DNA of 64,000 nucleotides from Escherichia coli (GTDB lineage Bacteria; Pseudomonadota; Gammaproteobacteria; Enterobacterales; Enterobacteriaceae): NCBI RefSeq assembly GCF_003334765.1, contig NZ_QOWT01000009.1; one strand, 5' to 3'. Shown piece by piece: positions 51,569 to 64,000 of this stretch (position 1 is its first letter; each line of letters starts with the position of its first letter). The notes under the pieces were generated by a model. It saw only the letters and a program-made list of their open reading frames with translations, ran no database searches and was not told where the DNA came from. The position numbers and the translations under genes were made by a program.

Positions 51569-51979
51569 AAGAAAACATCCCCTGAGAGTTTAATTTTCGT
51601 CAAGATGCGTGGCGGACAATCCCCTGCCAGCGAAACGTTATCTTCCTGCTCCAGGTTTGCGACAATTTGCTGCGTCGCAAAAAAGCAAACGTTTAGCTCC
51701 GCGCATACAAAACGGGTGGTAAAAAAAGCAAACGATTATCCGGCGATCATAGCGGCTTTTTCAACCGAAGTTTGCTGCTTTTTTCTCTTTTATTGTCTTG
51801 ACGATGAAAAACCAGGCAATTGATGCGCAAACGTTATCGTCGGTGCGCAAGATTGCAGCGTTATCGAGCCGTATACCGTTCAGGATTGCGATAAAAAATC
51901 GTCTGAGATGACAAAAATATTGCGGTTAAAAAGTATACTTTTACACTGGCGAAGAAACGTCGGTGACATACAATTAAAG

Positions 51980-52122
51980 CATCAACACCAACCGGAACCT
52001 CCACCACGTGCTCGAATGAGGTGTGTTGACGTCGGGGGAAACCCTCCTGTGTACCAGCGGGATAGAGAGAAAGACAAAGACCGGAAAACAAACTAAAGCG
52101 CCCTTGTGGCGCTTTAGTTTTG
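51980..52122 (+). ncRNA. ryjA: Probable small RNA RyjA/SraL, convergent with and overlapping the 3' end of soxR
   Basis: About 140 nt between a tacaat-like -10 element (about 51968..51973) and the bidirectional hairpin aaactaaagcgcc-cttg-tggcgctttagttt; location between soxR and yjcD matches the reported position of this sRNA; boundaries approximate. Confidence 0.45.
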
Positions 52123-52578
52123 TTCATCTTCCAGCAAGCGTGCGCCGGTACCTTCTTCTCCTAAGCGGTCGCCCGGGTTACGCAACGGGCAATCACTGCG
52201 CGAAAGGCAGCCACAACCAATACATCCGTCCAGTTCGTCACGCAGCGCCACTAAGGTATGAATGCGCCGATCCAACTCTTCTCGCCATTGGGACGAAAGC
52301 TGTTTCCACTCTTTCGCACTTAACGTATGCCCTTCGGGCAACACGCCAAACGCTTCACCAATGGTCGCCAGCGGAATGCCAATACGCTGAGCAATTTTGA
52401 TAATTGCAACATATCGCAACACATCACGTTTATATCGCCGCTGATTGCCGCTGTTACGGATACTGGTAATCAACCCTTTACTTTCATAGAAATGCAGCGC
52501 CGATACCGCCACACCGCTGCGTTTCGCCACTTCGCCGGGGGTTAGCAGCGCTTTAATGCGGGGTAATTTCTTTTCCAT
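52114..52578 (-). CDS. soxR: Redox-sensing MerR-family regulator SoxR
   Basis: ORF track 154 aa; [2Fe-2S] motif [12 protein letters not shown]. Confidence 0.96.
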   Translation of the reverse strand: MEKKLPRIKALLTPGEVAKRSGVAVSALHFYESKGLITSIRNSGNQRRYKRDVLRYVAIIKIAQRIGIPLATIGEAFGVLPEGHTLSAKEWKQLSSQWREELDRRIHTLVALRDELDGCIGCGCLSRSDCPLRNPGDRLGEEGTGARLLEDEQN

Positions 52579-52589
52579 AAATCGCTTTA

Positions 52590-52607
52590 CCTCAAGTTAA
52601 CTTGAGG
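52590..52607. promoter_or_regulatory. SoxR binding site (sox box) in soxS promoter
   Basis: Perfect 18-bp palindrome cctcaagttaacttgagg between soxR start and soxS start. Confidence 0.85.
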
Positions 52608-52663
52608 AATTATACTCCCCAACAGATGAATTAACGAACTGAACACTGAAAAGAGGCAGATTT

Positions 52664-52987
52664 ATGTCCCATCAGAAAATTATTCAGGATCTTATCGCAT
52701 GGATTGACGAGCATATTGACCAGCCGCTTAACATTGATGTAGTCGCAAAAAAATCAGGCTATTCAAAGTGGTACTTGCAACGAATGTTCCGCACGGTGAC
52801 GCATCAGACGCTTGGCGATTACATTCGCCAACGCCGCCTGTTACTGGCCGCCGTTGAGTTGCGCACCACCGAGCGTCCGATTTTTGATATCGCAATGGAC
52901 CTGGGTTATGTCTCGCAGCAGACCTTCTCCCGCGTTTTCCGTCGGCAGTTTGATCGCACTCCCAGCGATTATCGCCACCGCCTGTAA
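52664..52987 (+). CDS. soxS: AraC-family superoxide response activator SoxS
   Basis: ORF track 107 aa. Confidence 0.96.
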   Translation: MSHQKIIQDLIAWIDEHIDQPLNIDVVAKKSGYSKWYLQRMFRTVTHQTLGDYIRQRRLLLAAVELRTTERPIFDIAMDLGYVSQQTFSRVFRRQFDRTPSDYRHRL

Positions 52988-52989
52988 TT

Positions 52990-54576
52990 TTATTGCCCGC
53001 GCGTTAACTCCCGCGCGGGTAATTGCTCCATCCATTGCATAAACACCTGCGGCGGCATCGCCTTCGCAAAGAACCATCCCTGGCAATAGCGCACGCCGCG
53101 TTTGCGCAGCCAGTTAACCTGCTCCTCAGTTTCGACGCCTTCAGCGATCGTTTTTAACCCCAGGCTGTGCGCCAGCTCGATGATGTGTTCCGCAATCAAA
53201 TGACTGGTTTTGTGGGTGGTCAGCGTTTCAACAAACGATTTGTCGATTTTCAAAATATCGACATTCAATGATTTAAGGTTATGCAAGTTAGAGTAGCCAA
53301 TACCAAAATCATCAATTGCCACTTCGTAACCTGCCTGGCGGAAAGCCAGAATAATCGGCGTCATTTTGTCAACATCAAGAAATGCATGCTCAGTCACTTC
53401 AAATTTAATTTGCTGCGGACGCACCGCGTATTGCTCTGTTTTCTGATTGATTCGCGCTATCAACCGTGACGTATGAAAATCGGAGGCCGACAGGTTAATA
53501 GAAACATAGCGATCTGCATGTGTTGCCAGGTAATCGCCCAGATCGCGGAAGACATTATCAATAACATAATCAGTTATCTGTTCTATCATCCCCTCCTTTT
53601 CTGCCAGCGGAATAAACTCTGCCGGATTCATTATTTGCCCCTGCTCACCAGGCCAACGTAACAACGCTTCAGCGCCGATACATTTTTCTGTTTTGATATC
53701 GATTATTGGCTGGTAATAAAGACAAAGTTGATGTTTTTCGAGGGCGCGTTGCAATTTACGTTTGGGAGATAAATAGTTTTGTCGAATACGTAGCCAGAGT
53801 AATAGCAGAACAAGACTCCCCAAAATACCGGCGGGCAACGCAAAAATAAGATGATTATAAAAATGGGTTATAAGACGTTGATATGAAGTCGCAACAATGG
53901 CTGCAATTGGGCGTTTTGTCGAATAAACTGTCGCATATAAATAGCCATTTCTTTGTACGGTTAAATCCTTCAAATGAATCAGCGGAGAAAACGTTGCTGC
54001 CGAGGCCTCTTTGCTTAACGAGAAAAAGGTTTTCGTCACCGTATCATACACACCCCATTGCAATGTCGGGTCATCAGACATCACTTCACTCCAGAAGAGA
54101 GGGTTGATAACCGCCACATAATTTCCCCGCTGCATATAGGTCATTTTATAGCCAGAGAAAAAAGGCGTATCGCGGTAATAATAGATAGAAACGTTAGGTT
54201 CACGCTTATAATCGGCCGGTGCAATCGTATAGCCGTTTACAGGCGCTATCAGCGATGAGCATAAAAAATGGTTATCACGGGCATAGATCAATTCATTAAT
54301 ATAAAGATAGCCACGAATAATATTCAACATTCGCTTTTGATGGGCTGGAGTGCAAACTTGCCCCTGATAGCGTTCAGCTGCATCGCTCACTAAATCTGCC
54401 TGGCGAATGACCAGCTCGGATTTATCCAGTGCCAGTTGAGCAAAGGTTCGGAGCTGATTATTCACTTCTGATTTTGCCCAAAGGAAGGCAATCCATAGCG
54501 AAAGAATGATGGGAAAGAGAACTAAAAAGATAATGCCCGGCAACGCCAGTAATTGGTGTCGTGCACGATGACTCAT
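52990..54576 (-). CDS. pdeC: c-di-GMP phosphodiesterase PdeC (YjcC), CSS-motif sensor + EAL domain, 528 aa
   Basis: ORF 52990..54585; EAL motif (GAEALLRW); start probably ATG 54576 (MSHRARHQ...). Confidence 0.9.
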
Positions 54577-55005
54577 TGCTATCAATTTCCTGCCTGTTTA
54601 TACCCGGCCATTGCAAGGTGAAAACCCTGGGTACCGACGTCTTTAGATAAATCTTACGGTATAAATAGCACTTTTGCCTGATTTGAAATTGATACCTTTC
54701 TAATCGTCACCTGGATGAAAATAATTCATTGATATTCAAAATTAATTTCCTACAGGAATGCAGAGGCGGCGGGAAGATATGCCCTTAATGCCACTGAAAA
54801 ACCACATAATCTGTACAGCAATAAAAGTCACGGCCTAATATGGCTAACAAACAATCAATTGTGATATAGTTCACAAAATTAATGAAACAAACAGAGTGTT
54901 TCATTTTTGTGTTCTGCAAGCCCCGCGATAGCCAGAGTGTACCACGCCTCCCGTGAACAACGCCGCGCTGTCCAGGGCATCGGCTCTTTTCAGAGGAATT
55001 GTTTG

Positions 55006-55287
55006 ATGGCTACCCTCACCACTGGCGTGGTTCTTCTTCGCTGGCAACTTCTTAGTGCCGTAATGATGTTTCTGGCCAGCACACTCAACATCCGTTTTCG
55101 TCGGTCTGATTATGTCGGGCTTGCGGTGATCAGCAGCGGTCTGGGCGTTGTTTCCGCCTGTTGGTTCGCAATGGGGTTGCTTGGCATCACAATGGCGGAC
55201 ATCACCGCTATCTGGCACAACATCGAGTCGGTGATGATAGAAGAGATGAATCAGACACCGCCACAATGGCCAATGATTTTGACCTGA
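55006..55287 (+). CDS. yjcB: Small inner membrane protein YjcB (93 aa)
   Basis: Internal ATG 55006 with gagga RBS in ORF 54907..55287; two hydrophobic helices. Confidence 0.75.
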   Translation: MATLTTGVVLLRWQLLSAVMMFLASTLNIRFRRSDYVGLAVISSGLGVVSACWFAMGLLGITMADITAIWHNIESVMIEEMNQTPPQWPMILT

Positions 55288-55385
55288 TACGTAGAAGCCT
55301 CCATAACGGAGGCTTCTTTTTTATGGCTGGCAGATGCTTTAATCATCCACCTTAAAACAATATAACCTATTGTTTTAATGACAAA

Positions 55386-55922
55386 TCAGAACGGAATGTC
55401 ATCATCAAAGTCCATCGGCGGCTCGTTAGACGGCGCTGCCGGAGCGGACTGCTGCGGGCGAGACTGCGCGCCGCCGCTGAACTGATTGCCACCCTGCGGC
55501 TGCTGAGGCTGACCCCAACCGCCCTGCGGCTGACCACCACCGATATTGCCACCTGCCGGAGCGCCACCACCCTGACGACCACCCAGCATCTGCATGGTGC
55601 CGCCAACGTTCACCACGACTTCTGTGGTGTAGCGATCCTGACCGGATTGATCGGTCCATTTACGGGTACGCAGCTGACCTTCGATATAAACCTGAGAACC
55701 TTTACGCAGATATTCGCTCGCCACTTCTGCCAGTTTGCCGAACAGCACAACGCGGTGCCATTCAGTCTGTTCTTTCATCTCGCCGGTCGCTTTATCACGC
55801 CAGGATTCGGAAGTAGCCAGCGTAATGTTGGCAACTGCGCCACCATTTGGCATGTAGCGTACTTCCGGGTCCTGACCCAGATTACCAACGAGAATAACCT
55901 TGTTTACGCCTCTGCTGGCCAT
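55386..55922 (-). CDS. ssb: Single-stranded DNA-binding protein SSB (178 aa)
   Basis: ATG 55922 ([16 protein letters not shown]...); Gly/Gln-rich linker and acidic tail DFDDDIPF. Confidence 0.96.
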   Translation of the reverse strand: MASRGVNKVILVGNLGQDPEVRYMPNGGAVANITLATSESWRDKATGEMKEQTEWHRVVLFGKLAEVASEYLRKGSQVYIEGQLRTRKWTDQSGQDRYTTEVVVNVGGTMQMLGGRQGGGAPAGGNIGGGQPQGGWGQPQQPQGGNQFSGGAQSRPQQSAPAAPSNEPPMDFDDDIPF

Positions 55923-56072
55923 GTTCGTGTCTCCTGAAAAAAATCGTTCTGAATAAGTGTAAACGCGCGATTGTACCATTACCAATAGCGCTTTTACTAT
56001 GTTGTGACCTCGGTTCCGGGAAACAAACCTGGCCAGACATTGTTACACAACACTCCGGGTAATGCATTCCAA

Positions 56073-56092
56073 TACTGTATATTCATTCAGGT
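56073..56092. promoter_or_regulatory. LexA (SOS) box in the divergent ssb-uvrA promoter region
   Basis: tactgtatattcattcaggt fits CTGT-N8-ACAG-type SOS box (CTG-N10-CAG) about 85 bp upstream of uvrA ATG. Confidence 0.8.
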
Positions 56093-56175
56093 CAATTTGT
56101 GTCATAATTAACCGTTTGTGATCGCCGGTAGCACCATGCCACCGGGCAAAAAAGCGTTTAATCCGGGAAAGGTGA

Positions 56176-58998
56176 ATGGATAAGATCGAAGTTCGGGGCG
56201 CCCGCACCCATAATCTCAAAAACATCAACCTCGTTATCCCCCGCGACAAGCTCATTGTCGTGACCGGGCTTTCGGGTTCTGGCAAATCCTCGCTCGCTTT
56301 CGACACCTTATATGCCGAAGGGCAGCGCCGTTACGTTGAATCCCTTTCCGCCTACGCGCGGCAGTTTCTGTCACTGATGGAAAAGCCGGACGTCGATCAT
56401 ATTGAGGGGCTTTCTCCTGCCATCTCAATTGAGCAGAAATCGACGTCTCATAACCCGCGTTCTACGGTGGGGACAATCACCGAAATCCACGACTATTTGC
56501 GTTTGTTATTCGCCCGCGTTGGCGAGCCGCGCTGTCCGGACCACGACGTCCCGCTGGCGGCGCAAACCGTCAGCCAGATGGTGGATAACGTGCTGTCGCA
56601 GCCGGAAGGCAAGCGTCTGATGCTACTCGCGCCAATCATTAAAGAGCGCAAAGGCGAACACACCAAAACGCTGGAGAACCTGGCAAGCCAGGGCTACATC
56701 CGTGCTCGTATTGATGGCGAAGTCTGCGATCTTTCCGATCCGCCAAAACTGGAACTGCAAAAGAAACATACCATTGAAGTGGTGGTTGATCGCTTCAAGG
56801 TGCGTGACGATCTTACCCAACGTCTTGCCGAGTCATTTGAAACCGCGCTGGAGCTTTCCGGTGGTACCGCGGTAGTGGCGGATATGGACGACCCGAAAGC
56901 GGAAGAGCTGCTGTTCTCCGCCAACTTCGCCTGCCCAATTTGCGGCTACAGTATGCGTGAACTGGAGCCGCGACTGTTTTCGTTTAACAACCCGGCGGGG
57001 GCCTGCCCGACCTGCGACGGCCTTGGCGTACAGCAATATTTCGATCCTGATCGAGTGATCCAGAATCCGGAACTGTCGCTGGCTGGTGGTGCGATCCGTG
57101 GCTGGGATCGCCGCAACTTCTATTATTTCCAGATGCTGAAATCGCTGGCAGATCACTATAAGTTCGACGTCGAAGCGCCGTGGGGCAGCCTGAGCGCGAA
57201 CGTGCATAAAGTGGTGTTGTACGGTTCTGGCAAAGAAAACATTGAATTCAAATACATGAACGATCGTGGCGATACCTCCATTCGTCGTCATCCGTTCGAA
57301 GGCGTGCTGCATAATATGGAGCGCCGCTATAAAGAGACGGAATCCAGCGCGGTACGCGAAGAATTAGCCAAGTTTATCAGTAATCGTCCGTGCGCCAGCT
57401 GCGAAGGGACGCGTCTGCGTCGGGAAGCGCGCCACGTGTATGTCGAGAATACGCCGCTGCCTGCTATCTCCGACATGAGCATTGGTCATGCGATGGAATT
57501 CTTCAACAATCTCAAACTCGCAGGTCAGCGGGCGAAGATTGCAGAAAAAATCCTTAAAGAGATCGGCGATCGTCTGAAATTCCTCGTTAACGTCGGCCTG
57601 AATTACCTGACGCTTTCCCGCTCGGCAGAAACGCTTTCTGGCGGTGAAGCACAGCGTATCCGTCTGGCGAGCCAGATTGGTGCGGGCCTGGTTGGCGTTA
57701 TGTACGTGCTGGACGAGCCGTCTATCGGCCTGCACCAGCGTGATAACGAGCGCCTGTTGGGTACGCTTATCCATCTGCGCGATCTCGGTAATACCGTGAT
57801 TGTGGTGGAGCACGACGAAGACGCAATTCGCGCCGCTGACCATGTGATCGACATTGGCCCGGGCGCAGGTGTTCACGGCGGTGAAGTGGTCGCAGAAGGT
57901 CCGCTGGAAGCGATTATGGCGGTGCCGGAGTCGTTGACCGGGCAGTACATGAGCGGCAAACGCAAGATTGAAGTGCCGAAGAAACGCGTTCCGGCGAATC
58001 CGGAAAAAGTGCTGAAGCTGACAGGCGCACGCGGCAACAACCTGAAGGACGTGACGCTGACGCTGCCGGTGGGTCTGTTTACCTGCATCACCGGGGTTTC
58101 AGGTTCCGGTAAATCGACGCTGATTAACGACACACTGTTCCCGATTGCCCAACGCCAGTTGAATGGGGCGACCATCGCCGAACCAGCACCGTATCGCGAT
58201 ATTCAGGGGCTGGAGCATTTCGATAAAGTGATCGATATCGACCAAAGCCCAATTGGTCGTACTCCACGTTCTAACCCGGCGACCTATACCGGCGTGTTTA
58301 CGCCTGTGCGCGAACTGTTTGCGGGCGTACCGGAATCCCGTGCGCGCGGCTATACGCCGGGACGTTTCAGCTTTAACGTTCGTGGCGGACGCTGCGAGGC
58401 CTGTCAGGGCGATGGCGTGATCAAAGTGGAGATGCACTTCCTGCCGGATATCTACGTGCCGTGCGACCAGTGCAAAGGTAAACGCTATAACCGTGAAACG
58501 CTGGAGATTAAGTACAAAGGCAAAACCATCCACGAAGTGCTGGATATGACCATCGAAGAGGCGCGTGAGTTCTTTGATGCCGTACCTGCACTGGCGCGTA
58601 AGCTGCAAACGTTGATGGACGTTGGCCTGACGTACATTCGACTGGGGCAGTCCGCAACCACCCTTTCAGGCGGTGAAGCCCAGCGCGTGAAGCTGGCGCG
58701 TGAACTGTCAAAACGCGGCACCGGGCAGACGCTGTATATTCTCGACGAGCCGACCACCGGTCTGCACTTCGCCGATATTCAGCAACTGCTCGACGTACTG
58801 CATAAACTGCGCGATCAGGGCAACACCATTGTGGTGATTGAGCACAATCTCGACGTGATCAAAACCGCTGACTGGATTGTCGACCTGGGACCAGAAGGCG
58901 GCAGTGGTGGCGGCGAGATCCTCGTCTCCGGTACGCCAGAAACCGTCGCGGAGTGCGAAGCATCACACACGGCACGCTTCCTTAAGCCGATGCTGTAA
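56176..58998 (+). CDS. uvrA: Excinuclease ABC subunit A
   Basis: ORF track 940 aa; two ABC modules ([18 protein letters not shown]) and zinc-finger Cys clusters. Confidence 0.97.
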   Translation: MDKIEVRGARTHNLKNINLVIPRDKLIVVTGLSGSGKSSLAFDTLYAEGQRRYVESLSAYARQFLSLMEKPDVDHIEGLSPAISIEQKSTSHNPRSTVGTITEIHDYLRLLFARVGEPRCPDHDVPLAAQTVSQMVDNVLSQPEGKRLMLLAPIIKERKGEHTKTLENLASQGYIRARIDGEVCDLSDPPKLELQKKHTIEVVVDRFKVRDDLTQRLAESFETALELSGGTAVVADMDDPKAEELLFSANFACPICGYSMRELEPRLFSFNNPAGACPTCDGLGVQQYFDPDRVIQNPELSLAGGAIRGWDRRNFYYFQMLKSLADHYKFDVEAPWGSLSANVHKVVLYGSGKENIEFKYMNDRGDTSIRRHPFEGVLHNMERRYKETESSAVREELAKFISNRPCASCEGTRLRREARHVYVENTPLPAISDMSIGHAMEFFNNLKLAGQRAKIAEKILKEIGDRLKFLVNVGLNYLTLSRSAETLSGGEAQRIRLASQIGAGLVGVMYVLDEPSIGLHQRDNERLLGTLIHLRDLGNTVIVVEHDEDAIRAADHVIDIGPGAGVHGGEVVAEGPLEAIMAVPESLTGQYMSGKRKIEVPKKRVPANPEKVLKLTGARGNNLKDVTLTLPVGLFTCITGVSGSGKSTLINDTLFPIAQRQLNGATIAEPAPYRDIQGLEHFDKVIDIDQSPIGRTPRSNPATYTGVFTPVRELFAGVPESRARGYTPGRFSFNVRGGRCEACQGDGVIKVEMHFLPDIYVPCDQCKGKRYNRETLEIKYKGKTIHEVLDMTIEEAREFFDAVPALARKLQTLMDVGLTYIRLGQSATTLSGGEAQRVKLARELSKRGTGQTLYILDEPTTGLHFADIQQLLDVLHKLRDQGNTIVVIEHNLDVIKTADWIVDLGPEGGSGGGEILVSGTPETVAECEASHTARFLKPML

Positions 58999-59002
58999 TC
59001 GT

Positions 59003-59032
59003 TAAGGCCGCTTTCTGAGCGGCCTTTTCCTT
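59003..59032. terminator. Bidirectional terminator between convergent uvrA and yjbR
   Basis: aaggccgc-tttctga-gcggcctt hairpin with T-rich tail. Confidence 0.75.
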
Positions 59033-59389
59033 TCAGAGTTGCACCAGCAATTTACGTTTTTCTTCCGGCAGTAAATTCACCGCCTGCTGATAAGACGCAT
59101 CCACCAGATAATAGATTTGCGAATCTGGCAGCGAACCGTCGAGATACACGGTGCTCCAGTGCGCTTTATTCAGATGGCGGCTTGGACGCACATCGCTGTG
59201 CTGCTGACGTAGCAGCTCCGCCAGCTCCGGGCTGGTTTTCAGCGAAACAGCTGGGCGATTTTCTACTTCTTTCACCATCGCAAACAGTACATCTTCCACT
59301 TTGATCTGCGTCGCTTTCCAGTCATTATGCACGCTCTGTTCTGCGCCTGGTTTTGCCATGCAATATTGTAGCAACTCCGAAATGGTCAT
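59033..59389 (-). CDS. yjbR: Uncharacterised protein YjbR (MmcQ/YjbR family), 118 aa
   Basis: ORF track. Confidence 0.88.
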   Translation of the reverse strand: MTISELLQYCMAKPGAEQSVHNDWKATQIKVEDVLFAMVKEVENRPAVSLKTSPELAELLRQQHSDVRPSRHLNKAHWSTVYLDGSLPDSQIYYLVDASYQQAVNLLPEEKRKLLVQL

Positions 59390-59392
59390 TTT

Positions 59393-59809
59393 TTACTCCC
59401 CTTGTAGTGTCGCGATGATGCGACGCGATCCGCCGTGGATGCGATGTTCCCCCAGCCAAATGCCTTGCCAGGTGCCGGTCTGAATACGCCCTTTATGCAC
59501 CGGCAATACAAGCGATGTTCCCAGCATTGAGGATTTGATATGAGAAGGCATATCGTCTGCTCCCTCATAGTCATGCTCATAATTTCCGTTGTCGGGAACG
59601 GTGCGGAGGAAAAAACGCTCCATGTCGTGGCGTACGGTGGGATCGCAGTTCTCATTAAGTGTCAGAGAGGCGGAGGTATGTTGCAGCAACAGATGCAGTA
59701 AGCCGATGTTAACGCGCGGCATATCAGCCAGCTGATTCAGAATTTCATCCGTTACCAGATGAAACCCACGAGATTTGGCGCTAAGCGTGAGCGTCTTTTG
59801 ATACCACAT
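59393..59809 (-). CDS. yjbQ: Uncharacterised protein YjbQ (UPF0047 family), 138 aa
   Basis: ORF track. Confidence 0.88.
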
Positions 59810-59919
59810 GTGCTGCTCCTTGATAAAACTCTCTTAATCAGTTTGCAGCAAGACAGCGAAAGGATAAAGGTGTGATTAAAAAAACAGCATTCGGGAGAGC
59901 ATCACGCTCTCCCGCTCTG

Positions 59920-60912
<993 letters not shown>

Positions 60913-61034
60913 TTAATGAACTTAATGATACAGCATTACAAAAACAATCGAAGTTTATAAAGATGATTTCTGATTGACCAGCCCCCTACCCTACAATGGT
61001 GATTAATTTTATTACTCGCGATGGAGATGATGAT

Positions 61035-61238
61035 ATGAATATATCATATGTGAATAGCAACAAAACGACATCTTTACCTGTTGAGCTAGATGCACTAAAT
61101 AATAAAGATATCTCTTATGCCAAAGATTTCTTTTTATACATAGAAACACAGTTAAAAATTGCAAAAGATTTTTTAGACCTGGAGAAGAAGTATCAAGTTC
61201 TATTGCAAGTAAAGTTTTTCACGCATTTATTGATTTAG
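61035..61238 (+). CDS. Small hypothetical ORF (67 aa) in AT-rich islet, possibly yjbS
   Basis: ORF 60996..61238 with internal ATG 61035; very AT-rich, no recognisable domain; weak support. Confidence 0.3.
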   Translation: MNISYVNSNKTTSLPVELDALNNKDISYAKDFFLYIETQLKIAKDFLDLEKKYQVLLQVKFFTHLLI

Positions 61239-61739
61239 TTAACAAAATCAGGGGTAAGAAAGACTTTATGTATATTTGCACGCTTTGCTGTTTTGCCGAG
61301 GAGGTTAAAGGTGATTATTCTCATTACAGGACCTTTTTATTTGATATTGGTAATCAATATAAGGTTAAACTTACACAAAGCGGAAAAAAGAGTTCTCTTT
61401 AACATTAGAATTTAACGATACTATAATTGAATCTCAGAAAGTCACAGGCAATAAGGCAAAGCATATTCTTGAGGATATAGAAATATTCTATCGTAACAAA
61501 CCCGATACTTATTATTAAATTTAATAATGGTTAGATGTGCAGAAATTATTACTCCACCCAAAAAAACAGGATAAGGAATTCCAGATAATTGGGATAAGCT
61601 TAACAATAAAAGAACTAACAACGTTTATTATCTCTCACGTAGAACGATGGCATCAAAAAAATCATCTATAAAGAAAGAGTGAAAGCGACGACAGTTTAAT
61701 TTCACTGCAGGCTGGGTAGCTCCAGCCTGCTTTCCTGCA

Positions 61740-62933
61740 TTACATCACCGCAGCAAACGCCTTTGCCACACGTTGTACATTTGCCGTATTTAACCCGGCG
61801 ACACACATGCGACCGCTGGCGATGAGATAGACACCAAATTCTTCACGTAGTCGGTCAACCTGAGCGGCACTTAAACCGGTATAACTGAACATGCCGCGCT
61901 GATTAAGCAGATAATCGAAATTGCGTTCTGGCATCTCTGTGCTTAATACCTTCACCAATTCCTGACGCATTGCCAGAATGCGAGTACGCATCTCTTCTAC
62001 TTCCGCCAGCCAGCTGGCTTTCAATGCCTCGTCATTCAGCACTGCAGCCACCACCTGCGCACCAAAATTCGGCGGGCTGGAGTAGTTGCGGCGAACTGTT
62101 GCTTTCAATTGCCCCAGTACGCGGCCAGCGGCTTCGGCATCTTCACACATAACAGAAAGTCCGCCGACGCGCTCGCCGTAAAGGGAGAAAATTTTCGAGA
62201 ACGAATTGCTCACCAGAGCGGGTAATCCAGCGCTGGCAATGGCGCGAATAGCGTAGGCATCCTCTTCCATACCGGCACCAAATCCTTGATAGGCAATATC
62301 GAGGAATGGAATAAGCTCGCGGGCTTTGAGAATTTCAATCACCGCATCCCACTGATCATTAGTGAGATCGGCACCCGTTGGGTTGTGGCAACATGGATGC
62401 AGCAACACAATACTGCGGGCAGGTAATGTTTTCAGCGTCGCCAACAGGTCATTAAAGCGCACGCCGTTAGTCGCTTCGTCATACCAGGGGTAAGTACTCA
62501 CTTCGAATCCAGCCCCGGCGAATATTGCTACGTGGTTTTCCCAGGTAGGATCGCTGACCCAGACACCTGATTCCGGGAAGTAGCGTTTCAGGAAATCCGC
62601 GCCCACTTTCAATGCCCCGGAGCCGCCAAGGGTTTGAATGGTTGCTACGCGCTGTTGTTTCAGTACCGGATGGTCCGCACCAAACAGCAGCGGCGCAATG
62701 GCATGGCGATAGCAGTTAAGCCCTTCCATCGGTAAATAAAGCGAAGCGCCATGAGGCTGCGCATTCAGGCGCGCTTCCGCCTCCGCCACGGCTTGCAGTT
62801 GTGGAATAATTCCGTCTTCGTTGTAGTACAGACCGATACTTAAATTCACTTTGTCGCTGCGAGGGTCTTCTTTAAAACGCTCCATAAGCGTAAGAATCGG
62901 GTCGCCAGCGTAGGCGTCAACTTTTTGAAACAC
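61740..62933 (-). CDS. tyrB: Aromatic amino acid aminotransferase TyrB (397 aa), probable GTG start
   Basis: ORF 61740..62975; mature sequence begins [25 protein letters not shown] at GTG 62933. Confidence 0.93.
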   Translation of the reverse strand: MFQKVDAYAGDPILTLMERFKEDPRSDKVNLSIGLYYNEDGIIPQLQAVAEAEARLNAQPHGASLYLPMEGLNCYRHAIAPLLFGADHPVLKQQRVATIQTLGGSGALKVGADFLKRYFPESGVWVSDPTWENHVAIFAGAGFEVSTYPWYDEATNGVRFNDLLATLKTLPARSIVLLHPCCHNPTGADLTNDQWDAVIEILKARELIPFLDIAYQGFGAGMEEDAYAIRAIASAGLPALVSNSFSKIFSLYGERVGGLSVMCEDAEAAGRVLGQLKATVRRNYSSPPNFGAQVVAAVLNDEALKASWLAEVEEMRTRILAMRQELVKVLSTEMPERNFDYLLNQRGMFSYTGLSAAQVDRLREEFGVYLIASGRMCVAGLNTANVQRVAKAFAAVM

Positions 62934-63129
62934 GCGATGGTTCTCCAGGTTTACGGGCAGGTGGTTAAAACACAATAAACCGGAAGAAGGCGAAGATCGA
63001 GTGGATGTTCAGGAGCGAACGGCAATTAGCAACAGAGTGAGACTCATGACAAACGTACATCCGCCAGAGGCACGACCTTTATAAGAGCATGAAAGAACAT
63101 CAACTTATTGAATTTTTAGGATTTTATTG

Positions 63130-63159
63130 GCCGGATAAGGCATTCACGCCGCATCCGGC
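63130..63159. repeat. Single REP element between tyrB and alr
   Basis: ccggataaggcattcacgccgcatccggca palindrome. Confidence 0.8.
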
Positions 63160-63185
63160 ACAGACAATCAAATATTACAGAACGA

Positions 63186-64000
63186 TTAATCCACGTATTT
63201 CATCGCGACCCTTGAAGTCAGGCGCGTAATAAGTTCGTAAGCGCTTACTTTCGTCATTTCAGCGATACGTTCTACGGGCAAACCTTCGCCCCATAAAATG
63301 ACCGGATCCCCGGCTTTGTCCTGCGCCTGTGGACCTAAGTCTACGCAGATCATATCCATCGCCACGCGCCCGACAATCGGTACTTCGCGACCGTTCACCA
63401 GCACTGGCGTACCGGACGGCGCGGCGCGCGGATAACCATCGCCATAGCCCATCGCGACTACGCCAAGACGGGTATCACGTTCGCTTACCCAGGTTCCACC
63501 ATAACCAACAGGCTCTCCGGCTTTATGCTCACGCACGGCAATCAGGCTGGAGGTTAGTGACATCACTGGCTGACAGCCAAAATCGGCACCGGTGGAGCGA
63601 TCTTCCAGCGGCGAGACGCCATAAAGAATGATGCCCGGGCGCACCCAGTCAAAATGCGACTGTGGCCACAGCAGAATGCCACCCGACGCGGCAATGGAAC
63701 GTTGACCAGGTTTGCCTTCGCAAAAGGTATTAAAGATAGCGAGTTGTTTCTCGGTTGCGCCACATTTTGGTTCATCCGCGCGCGCAAAATGGCTGACGAT
63801 ATTCACCGGCTGACGAACGTTTTTGCACTGGGTCAGGCGATGATAAAACGCCTCAGCCTGTTCCGGCCTTACGCCCAGACGGTGCATACCGGTATCGAGT
63901 TTCATCCAGACGGTAACCGGCTCGTCCAGGCTAGCCTCTTCCAGCGCAGCCAGCTGTTCTTCGTTATGCACGGCGGTATGAAAATGTTGCGCAGAAATCG
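63186..64000 (-). CDS. alr: Alanine racemase (biosynthetic), C-terminal ~270 codons; gene continues beyond window end
   Basis: ORF 63186..63971 is open to the window edge; recognised Alr sequence (…[11 protein letters not shown]…). Confidence 0.9.

Overview
This window reads as a contiguous segment of Escherichia coli K-12-type core chromosome, running from the 5' end of proP to the 3' part of alr, in reverse orientation relative to the usual K-12 map. I identified it by recognising the translated ORFs; no database search was possible, so all gene names rest on recognition of protein sequences and motifs visible in the ORF track. I found no evidence of a previously undescribed or foreign system: gene order is uninterrupted and there are no integrase, transposase, phage, CRISPR-cas or toxin-antitoxin signatures. 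Order of content: proP (partial) - yjcZ - crfC/yjdA - yjdM(phnA) - yjdN - phnCDE(pseudo)FGHIJKLMNOP - yjdP - rpiB - rpiR/alsR - alsBACEK - yjcS - ytcA - mdtNOP - fdhF - yjcO - gltP - nrfGFEDCBA - acs - yjcH - actP - yjcF - yjcE - ghxP(yjcD) - soxR - soxS - pdeC(yjcC) - yjcB - ssb - uvrA - yjbR - yjbQ - aphA - AT-rich islet - tyrB - alr (partial). Features that the six-frame track alone does not explain: the phnE frameshift caused by three tandem 8-bp units (the cryptic K-12 allele); the in-frame UGA selenocysteine codon of fdhF with its downstream SECIS hairpin; six REP/BIME palindromic repeat clusters; a perfect 18-bp SoxR-box palindrome; a LexA box between ssb and uvrA; a Pho box upstream of phnC; a sigma-54 promoter upstream of fdhF; a perfect CRP palindrome upstream of proP; and a probable small RNA (ryjA/sraL) convergent with soxR. 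The least characterised loci, and the best places to look for new biology, are yjcF (an AT-rich pentapeptide-repeat ORF), the AT-rich islet between aphA and tyrB, yjdP with its flanking GC-rich inverted repeats, and the overlapping crfC-yjcZ pair.
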